Shown piece by piece: positions 54,060 through 64,000 of a DNA stretch of 64,000 nucleotides (positions within the stretch are counted from its first letter, which is position 1; each line of letters opens with the position of its first letter). This stretch comes from Cycas panzhihuaensis (Eukaryota; Plantae; Cycadophyta). The position numbers and the translations under genes are program-made. The stretch lies in contig CM041465.1 of the NCBI GenBank assembly GCA_023213395.1, forward strand, positions 133,245,741 to 133,309,740, read 5' to 3'. Below the pieces are notes generated by a model. It worked only from the letters and a program-made list of their open reading frames with translations, made no database searches and was not told where the DNA came from.

Positions 54060-54660
54060 CTCTACGGAGACGATTCCTTCAATTTTGCCATTAAATTGCC
54101 GAATTAGCAGAATGTATTATTTGCATTTGGGCGTTCCCAAGTCTGAATCGGAGGTCTATGGCTTTCAGTTTTGGTTTGAAGCATAATAAGCTGTTGTTTG
54201 TACCAGATTCGTATCTGGGTAATAATGGTTGCTGCCAGTATTCTGTCCTAACATTCAAGGCCTTGGTCACATGTTACACTCTCACCCGGAGGAATTGCGA
54301 TTTGAAACCTAGCAATGTACTCCTATATTATGCCCTGACAGCCCTTGTGACTGATTTTGGCATTGCACGATTGATTCCTGCAAACTCTATGGATTCATTC
54401 ACTTGGATTTGAGGGATCTACATTGCCCCAGGTATGATAATACATAAACCATTTTTTCTCAATTTGTTTGGTATCTTATGAGAATTAGTACAGCAGAAAA
54501 TCTGATATCGGACTTTTTTTTAGTGCAGAGTATGCAATAATGGGTGGAAGAGTTTCAACAGAGATAGATACTTGTACCTATGACATTCTGTCATCAGAAA
54601 TCACGGAAATTTCAGAAGTGGTTTTGCCAATGGAATGGTGGAATATGGCGTTGCCCATCA
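54060..54660 (+). pseudogene. Condensed relic of an LRR receptor-like kinase, subfamily XII (EFR/Xa21-like, non-RD); intron 54432-54528
   Basis: CDLKPSNVLL..TALVTDFGIARLI; YIAP|E split by a GT-AG intron at the conserved position; EYAIMGGRVST..YDIL; stop and frameshift before YIAP. Confidence 0.85.
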
Positions 54661-55765
54661 TTTCTATTTCTTTGTATAGAATGTTCATAAAACAAATGTA
54701 TTGATTGCCATGGACCTATGACTCCGGCATTTTTTTTGGGTTAAATTTTTGTATTTTGTAGGACATGAGTCTTTGTTGTATACGGGTGTTTTAGCCATTA
54801 AGATGGTCATTTTGGCCATGCAGGCAGTATCCAGATTTAATGTAATTAGAAGAAAATAATTTGCAAATAACAGACAGAATCCTTCTTGTTGCCTAAGAAA
54901 TCCTTGATTTAGTTTGTGTATTTGATGACAGAGAGATCTGTGTAAATGGGTGCATGCCTGGTAAGTGTAGCGATATATACCCACAATATCAATCAATGAA
55001 AATGGATCTGCTTGCATCATGCAGCAGAGACTAACCAGGGGTACAATAACTTATGTTTTCTGAACTGGCTGTTCGACCGTTGGCTGTAGTGATGTAACCA
55101 AAAGGTACGACAGGATTTAGATTTTCAAGATGAAGTGGGCGCTTGGAATGTCTCTGCATCGACCAATTTATTGGAATTCAGCCCATGGAATCGAAGGGAA
55201 GTAGCCACAGGACTAGTGAAACCTAACATTGGCAAGGCAGAGGCCGTAATGGCCGAGCAATCACTTAATTTCCTTGTTTCTTTGGGAAAATTATGATGCC
55301 ATCCGTTAACAGTATTATTGAAAATAATCACAGAGCACATTATTGTGAAGATAAAACAATAATAACCATTTGTTGATGTTATTACCTCTCAAAATCTGCG
55401 TTTATAACCTAGACATAAATCCTATTGCACATATGGGTTTCTATGCATAAATGGACCCTCAATGGAAATTTTGTTACAAAAGTTTAAATAATCAAATCAT
55501 TAATATTCCAAACATTTTCCTAATTTCCTTTCAACTTTTCGTTTTGAGCTTGAGCTGCTAATGAATGATTCTCTCTTTATATTACTGTAAATAAAAATAA
55601 TTACACAAATTTTTACATTTTAATTGAGAAAAAAATAGGTGTGGTGAGTTGGTTAGTGCCATGTTTTGAATTCACAATGGATACAGTCATGTCATGGCTC
55701 ATGTTGGAGATTTGGCTTTCCATTGGCAAATTGATTACCCATGATTAAGGAGGACCGCATCAACA

Positions 55766-58700
55766 TGTTGGCATGTTTATCCTATTTGTAAGGACACAAT
55801 TAAATGGTCGTATGATATCCACAGTTCATGTTGTATATAGATCCATCTATGTAGAGGCTTCTTTTCATTGTCCTTGTCTATTAGGATGATCAACTTCTTG
55901 TTAATGCTTTGGTGATACACAAGTCCTTCTAAGTGTAAGATACGTAAAAAGATATCAATAACAATAAATTGAAAAATGCAATTGGAGATAAACTTAGAAC
56001 AAAAAGGGAATCTCAACAACCAATGATTTCATCTATTGAATGATTTAGAGGAAATGTTACATTTATTGCTCACACTAAAAATTCTTTACACACAATCCTA
56101 ATTCTATCATTTGCATTAGAGTTTATATATTGATACTATGTTATAAAACAAACCTAAAACTAGTATTGAATATGATAATCTTTTAATTCAATCTAATTGA
56201 GATTTTAGCAATTTATTTGCAATTGCAAACTTGGATTTACACTTATATTATTTGAAATCCAAAAATTAATTGGTAAAATAGATTATCTAATATTCTATAG
56301 AATTATCTAAATATATAAATGTGAAATATGTTTATTTAAAGTAAGAAACATGTGACAATTCACGTCTCCTCTTTCATTTTATCTTTGTTTCATGGTAATG
56401 GGTCTACAAACCTTGTACAAACCAATGCATAATCTATGGTATACAAAGGGTATTAACCCTATGAAAATCAATGTATAACTTGAGATGCACTAAGACTCAC
56501 AAAAAACATGGCCAAATTGGCATATCAAGTAAATTACAAAACAAATTTTAGAATAAAACAAAAGTAATAAAGATGAAGTATAATATCGATCATGTGATTC
56601 AAGGTCTTGTTACCATTTGAAGGTGTAATAGTTTCAAAATTTTTTGATAGAATCTAAGGAAATGATTAATGGATGAGACTACACCATATTATTTTCATTG
56701 TGTGATCAAATATTAGGATCTACACTAATATGCTCTAATATAACAAAAACTTAATTTCTAAGGGGTTCAGCAAGGATATCAACTTGGTGATTTGGCTCAA
56801 AAATAGAAAAGGCATATTTTAATTGAAAAGCATACAAAAGATTTTAAGGGATATTTCTCATGGCGCATTTAACCACATGAGAAGGTTAGAGTACTTTTGT
56901 TGAGGAAAAGAGTTACAAAGCAGAAAATGCCAACACAAGAAGTCTCCAAGCACGAGAAGGAATGAAAGGTTTTATATTCTCATGATTTCTATTCTAATGA
57001 CCTAAGTCCCATGTCTGAAATCTTTTATGTTTTAAGATGTTTTTTTGAAGCGTCTAAGTAAGAAAGTTATTTCTAAGAAGATTAAGAGATTGAGTGATGG
57101 GTCCCACTTTTCATGACCACTTATGTTCGTGCTAATGTTGTTCCGGTGAGACAAGCTTAAAGTGAGCATGAGATGAAAATGATTATCAAGTAGGATATCT
57201 TCATGCAGAGAAAGGAATGACAAGTCTACATAATATTTTCCCATAAAATGGCTTCACTTTGAAGACAACTCAGAGAGAGCTTCCAAGTAGGGGGTCTTGA
57301 AACAAAAAAATGAGCAAGCAATATAAAATTAATCCTACAAATAACTGCCTTGCGAGGAGATCTTTATATTAAATTGTAGTCTCAAAAGTAAGCATTGAGT
57401 GAGAAAAGAGATCGACAAGAGAAGAAACTTTTCTTATGTCACCAAAATTTAATGGGCATCAGCATTAATGACCACATGTATGAAGATTAATACCAAACTT
57501 GTAAGAATACTTATACCTCACCAATCTTTCCCTTTTTTCATTCTTGCATGTATCAAGTAGTGTTTAGAGGAGAATTGATATGGGATGACGATAAAGCTTT
57601 ATCTATATACTAGAGAAAAATTTAGGACAACAATTCAACATTCCCATCCTTCTCTCAATTCTTCCTTTGTGAGACAAAATAGTAGCTAGCATTTTAAGTG
57701 GACTAGCTTAATTTCTTCGAGTAAGCAAAAAAGGTAAAATGTTGATTGTCGAGGATACCAATATAACCCTATTAAAATAGCAAAAATAATAATGATACTA
57801 TGTGGCACTATGGTCTAACTAGGGTTTCTTTAATCCCTAAGATGTTTACATGCCTAAAATTAATGGGCAGTTGGAACTATGCATAGATCATGAAGCCAAA
57901 CTAATCTTGGAACTTGGCAATCAACTCATCACTTCTTTGACCACCTAACAATTCAAAAAAAATTAAAATCCTAAAGCCAAATGTAGCTTATGATGTAGTA
58001 AAGTTATAGAGAATGGTCACAAACGATAAAGAATCACCAAAGAGATGGGAGACTGATATGTGGAGAAGCCCAAGAAAGTCATGAAGAGGGAAACCCAAAA
58101 GGTGGAGCTATTCATGGACCATATGAAACTTTGGAATTTACTCTTAAGTTTTTAGCTTCTATGATGATACCTAGATACACATAACACAAGCCTTCATTAT
58201 CTCAAAATGTTTGAAGGAAGATTTCTTACTAGATTTGGCAGAGATTTTGAGTCAAATAATTATTGAATAACTTTATGGTATGCACTAAGGTACTCATTTT
58301 TTTATGACTTCTTATTTAATTTGTACAATACTAGTGTAATGGATTTTTTGGCTTTTCTTCATGAGCCTAAGGTAAGTAATGTAATAATTTAGTTCCAATA
58401 TGTAAAAGCTTAGGAACATAAAATGCCCTTTCACCCTTATACCTGGGTATGAAACTTTTATAAGGTAGTGATCATCAATATACACTCGTAATCAGAATAG
58501 ATGAAGATGTGAAGCTTTGGTTGAGAGGCCAAGATAAAGTTACTTATGGGAATTTTGACCTTTTCAAGGATTATGTTATAATTTAGCTATATGGTTTTAA
58601 AGGGTTAGCTTTATATTTGTTATTATACTCTCCTCCTTGAATGTTCTACATGAAAATGTGTAGATAATTATTACTTATTCGAGTTGTATTACATTAAGTG

Positions 58701-61245
58701 GCAAGAAAATATCCTTTGCAATTCAAAGTTTTATCCATTAGATATTAGAGCACTAATATCTGGTTCAAAATTGAATTAGAGGGGAAATAGTTAGAGGTTA
58801 GTAATTTAAAAAAGACAGCCCTAAGATGCTATGACCCTAATGGAATTATGTCCAATTATATAAAGACAACTAAAATGATGCTTAGAGTTCATCATCCTAT
58901 TAACTTAGAGCCTTTTGAAATCAAGTTAATGGGGATAAGATATGTCCATATAAGCTCATATTTTATCAAGAAGCTACACTAGCTATTTAAGCATTCACTA
59001 CTATAAAAGAAAGGGAGGAAACAATAGAACTAATGGCAAAGTTGGTAAAAGAGCATAAGAAAGGGAATATACCTAAAGAATTAAGTAATAAAAAGAAGAA
59101 GAAGAAGAAGAAGAAGAAGAAGAAACTTCTAATCCCCTTGTATGCCTCTCCTTCATCTATTACTAAAGAGTCAGTTACATAGAACCCTAAAATGAAGAAA
59201 AAGAAGATCATAGAAGCTTTTAAGGTAGAAAAGGCATAAGCAATATCAACCCCTATTATAGATTACATGGGGGAAATAACCCAAAACACCAAGACACTTG
59301 GTTTTTCATACATCTAGAACCATACTCATACCACAAGAAGGTATAGGAGAGGTAGAACCCACAAAAGCTGTAAAGGGACAAGTACTCGACATACATGCGT
59401 AAGACATTGATAAAGATGTAACTTCAATCAATCGTATTATGGGGGAGATGGTAACCTATGTTGAAGTTTATCTATTTGATAAGGAAGCCATGTAAGCCCT
59501 TGAACATGGCCTTATCCCCTCAATAGTAGCTCCACATAGGAAGGACTATCAAGAAGATAGTAGAAGTTATGGGCCTCGAAGGAGGATAAGCCAACAATAA
59601 TATACATAAGATATTACAGGAGATGGAATATTCTTTAAGAGATATACAAATACCCATCATGAATGAAGAAGGAATTCATGATGAGATTATAGAAGAAATT
59701 GGTCTTAAACTCAAGATGAGTCAAAAAGTAAATAAAACACCTTCAACCAATTATGAGAGGTAGATAAAAATAAATTCCTAAGTAATCAAATAAATCAAGA
59801 ACAAAAGATTAGATCTCACTCCTGATTCATCCACAACTTTTGATTAAGAAGTTGAGGAGAGATTTTATCATTGGGATAGAAAGGAAAGGAGCATTAAGAA
59901 AATAATAATGAAAAGAAAGAAGGTGACTAAATCATTTATAAGGCCTACTTGTGATGACATTGCACTTGAATATTTAGACCTACATATGGCTACTAGCCAA
60001 GTAATAAAGGATAACGTGTTAAACCTTCAAATTTAGCTACAATAAGTAATGAAAAAAAATGGCATGATGTAGGAAGAAAACTTAACACTGAATCAAAGAT
60101 TAGACTAAATGAAAAACATCTGGCAAGATGCTTTGAAGGACATATCTCTGGACTAAGCAGACCTTAGGATAGATGAATGGATTGGTGAAATCTCAATAAC
60201 CAAGAAATTAATAAAAATAAGTTTAATGTATATAAAAAATTTTTTTTAGAGAGGAAGACCTTTTGTGACCTCATTCTTAAAATTTTTTCTAGAAGATTTA
60301 TTACTTGCATAACAAACTTAAAAATCTAAAGATTTTAGCACTAAAATCGTAAAATATCCATATTGTGGAGTTGTAACTCAAAGGTGAGTTCACTAAGTTC
60401 CAAAGGAAAGCAATCTCAAGAATAACCTCAGGTAAGCAAAAATACACTAATCTTATTATGAAGTGGTAGTATATATTAGAGTCAAGAATTAATCAATGCA
60501 AGAAAATTATTCTTGTTTTGGAGGATCTTAAGAAGATTTTGAATGATATCTCAAAGTTCATTTCTTTCATCCATTTTATTGACATGGCTACGTTAAACAA
60601 AGGATATGTAATGGAAAAATATGAGTTTGATAAGCTCATAATCAAAGAAGCAAATATAAGGAGATAATATTTAGATTCAATGGAAATAGAGGAGGCCAAA
60701 TAGTAGATAATATTGCTATAGGATTATAGTAAACAATAAATTTCATTAAAAAATACAATAGACACTCAAGTTCACAAATTAGATGAGATTAGAGAGGAAC
60801 TATATATATAAGAGGGACATCTTAAACTCATCATTCCTTGGATCCTACAGATCAAACACTCTTAGATTAAAGTTTGTACTATGGAGACATCCTTAAATGT
60901 TGAATAACAAGATTAAACACTATCATCACATGATGTTGATAGTTAATTATTCCTTCTACCTCCTTAGCTAATTTAGTATAATAACTTTACTAAGTTGAAG
61001 GGTCCTTGTAACCTCTACATTATTTACACAAGTGGCAAGATCATCTCTTGTGCAATAGTTAGAAGAACATCATTACTTTAGGTTCTATAAACTAGCATTG
61101 AGTGAATAATGAGGCATATATGGCATTGAGGAGAATATTGAGAGACTAAGAGGGGAGCTTTTTATTATTATTTTTTTTTGTTTTCTTTCATAATTATAAA
61201 GGCTTTTTGATGTAAGTCTATTTTTCTTATATTATAAAAAGGAGT
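55766..61245 (+). mobile_element. Ancient copia-like element: eroded pol (~56400-57300) followed by an extra ORF remnant (~58000-61100) and PPT-like tracts (~61149, ~61236)
   Basis: Weak pre-integrase and RH-end similarity; extra ORF LDLAEILSQIIIE*L..FFMTSYLIC followed by E/K-rich coiled-coil-like sequence. Boundaries are uncertain. Confidence 0.45.
59092..59125. repeat. (GAA)n microsatellite
   Basis: Direct reading. Confidence 0.95.
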
Positions 61246-61248
61246 TTC

Positions 61249-64000
61249 TAGATAATGAAGGTGGATTTTTCTTAACAAAGGTATAAGAAAACCTTCAATA
61301 AGTAAAGATAGAATTCATTAATTATGTGAGAGAGACTCTCTCTATATATACAATAATTGTTCATAATTATTCATTATCGGTAAGCCACTTGTTTGACACT
61401 TGTCTTTATTATAATGAAGAGGGGTTTATCACATGACCCTCATGATTTCCTAGATAAAATATTACCTTTAACAACCTCTCTTAATGTTTTATTTATTTCA
61501 AACCAAGTCTACTTCTAAGGAATTAAAATTTGTCTTTGATAAAAGGTTATGTTAAAATATCTACAAGTTGTTCATTTATTGTAGAATGTGACATATCTAT
61601 CTCCTTATTCGGTACTTTCTCCCATATGAAGTGATGATATACTTCAATATGCTTCATTCATACATCGAAGACTTGATTCTTAGTTAATTTTATTGTACTC
61701 TAATTACTGCAAAAAGGTATCATTGACTCTTGTTACTGCTAATTTAAATCTATTAGTAATTATCTTAACCAAATTACCTCATAAGATATGCTAACTACTT
61801 GTATTATGCTTTAGTAGAAGACAAGGCAATCATTGGTTGTCATTTGCTACTCTAATTTGATACTATAATTAACACAAAGAAGAAATAATACCCATTGGTT
61901 AACTTTCTTTTGTCTTTATCTCTTAACAAGTCTAAGTCATAATACTCAATTAACTTACCTATCTCATCTTTTAGATATGTGGGTTTTAAATCTGAAGTCC
62001 TTTTTAGATATTTGAGTATCCTCTTTATTATTCTCTAATGTGTTAACTTTGGATCTTACATATAGCTAGAGATTATTCCAATAGAGTATGAAATATCGAG
62101 TTTGGTTGCAGTAAGATATATTAGACTTCCAACTAATTACCTGTACAAAGTTATATCAACTAAAGTATCTTCTATAGATGGAGTCAAGTCACAACCAATT
62201 TCTATAGGAGTTGCATAACTATTACATTCTTCTATTTTAAATTCTATTAGCAAATATTTAGTGTATTTGTTTTGTATTAGAGTGATTAAATCTTTCTTCT
62301 AATTTACTTCTATACCAAGGTAATAATTTAGATATCCTAAATTAGTAATCTCAAAACTTTTTTCTAATTGTGCTTTTACATCTATAATAGAATCTGTGTC
62401 ACTGCTTGTCAGAATCATATTATCTATATATACTATAATTATTGTGATCAACCTTTAAATTTTTTTCACATATAGACTGGAATTTGATTCATACCTATGA
62501 AACCTATTTTAAATGAGATATTTATCCAATTTAGTATACCAAGCCCTTGGAGCCTGTTTTAGCCCATATAAGGCCTTTTCCGCCTACATACAAGATGTTC
62601 TTATCCATTTTGAATATATCCTCCTAGTTGCTTCATATAAACCTCTTCTTCAAGATCCCCATTTTAAAAGGCACTTTTCACATCCAATTGATAGCTTTTC
62701 TAATTTTGTTATGTAACCAATGCTATTACCATCTTAATTATATTTAATATGGTTACTGGAGATAATGTTTCATTATAATTTACCCCAAAAGTTTAAGTGT
62801 AATATTTGGCCACTAATATAGCCTTCTATTTTCTTTATCATACTATTAAAATTTTCTTTTATTTTATATACCCACTTACAGTTGATAATAGGTTTGCCTA
62901 TAAGTGGTTTAACCAGTTCCCATATTTTATTTTTGGAAATAGATTTCATTTTTGCATCCATTACATCTTGCCACTCTTCATGCCAACCCGCTTCTTCATA
63001 TGATTATGATTCAACATAGTATAATAAGGCTTGATGTTTTTAGGACCTTATTTTGTGAGTGAATACTTATCCTTTGTCTTCCTCAATACTTTTGAGATAC
63101 CATCTGGGTATCATTTTGGAGGATGTTCACCTTTCTTCATCTTCTTTAGGAGTTGAATCTCTAAGAGATAAAGGTGCCCTTCCTAATTATTATTTTTCAC
63201 CTATTCTTAGAGTGTTTCTTATCAAAAATTTGACCTTATAGATGTAGATCAACAAAAGTAAAGTCAAATTAACATAAGTACGTAAACATATCATAAATAA
63301 TAAATCACCAAAAGGAGTATCAAAATACTTTCTCTTGAAGATAATAATACTCAACAACCATTACAAGTGATATTCGACACTTTAAATACATATGTAAGGG
63401 TCTTCTTCTTTATGATTCTATTAGTGGCCCTAGCAGTCTTACATCTTATAAGATGACTTAGTGGTCTATGCACAAATCTTAATAAGTACCTTAATCCTTG
63501 ACCTATTGGTGGATCCCACTTATTAGTGCTAAAGAAATATAGGGTTATGTTATAGGCCCCACTTTGAGGCATTGATTCCTCATAGAGTTAGAGATGAGGA
63601 TATTACTGGATAAACTTATTAGATTCCCAAGTAGCTTCATCTGCATCACAATCAACCTACTATACCAAGTGTTTAGAAATAGTGCGATTCTGGAGGCAAT
63701 GTTGGCAACTGATAACGATTTTATTAGGGGGGATTATAAGAGTTTGATCATTAGAATGGAAAAGGTAGTGTGGGGTGTAACTTTAGCTCCAAGGTATTTC
63801 TTTAGGCAGGAAACATAGAAAACATTATGGATATTAGTGTTTGGGGGGAGTTCAAGGGCATAAACAACTTTACCAAATTTGTGAAGGATTTTATAAGGGA
63901 CATAGTAACGAGGGTTTAGTTTATATCCTTAATATGACTTAAGAGATTGTTGCTTATAAGGTTGGAGATCAAAGAATACTAGATCTCCAATATCAAAGGT
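61249..64000 (-). mobile_element. Ty1/copia 3' part: INT-RT-RH, PPT 61474-61485, 3' LTR ~61249-61473; continues beyond the window
   Basis: MDAKMKSISKNKIWELVKP..CKWVYKIK; LYGLKQAPRAWY; LIYLTATKLDISYSIG; MKHIEVYHHFI. Confidence 0.9.

Noticed and set aside
54630-54651. miR482/2118-like target site ATGGAATGGTGGAATATGGCGT and a small hairpin
   Set aside because: The match needs two indels, and the sequence is explained as kinase subdomain X (WxNMAxP).
55125-55340. ORFs downstream of the kinase relic (54685..55020, 55125..55340)
   Set aside because: Short, with no recognisable domain; DLCKWVH near 54935 is too short to count as kinase homology.

Overview
Plant nuclear DNA, probably from a large, heavily methylated gymnosperm-type genome (inferred from the element types and pervasive CG/CHG decay). 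It consists almost entirely of nested, decayed LTR retrotransposons and contains no intact host gene. 1-19685: two related Tat-clade Ty3/gypsy elements nested in opposite orientation. Each carries, between integrase and the 3' LTR, an antisense Plant Mobile Domain (PMD) gene that appears to be spliced and a separate sense archaeal-type RNase H (aRH), with an invariant TATA block between them. 23.6-51.9 kb: nested Ty1/copia remnants, two gag-protease-only gypsy elements, solo LTRs and long microsatellites. 53.6-55.3 kb: the only host-like island, a CpG-rich promoter followed by a strongly condensed LRR-XII receptor-kinase relic with an intact intron (candidate lncRNA/PHAS locus). 55.8-64 kb: an old copia-like element with an extra ORF, interrupted by another copia. 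Coordinates of decayed features are approximate and all translations were read by eye.
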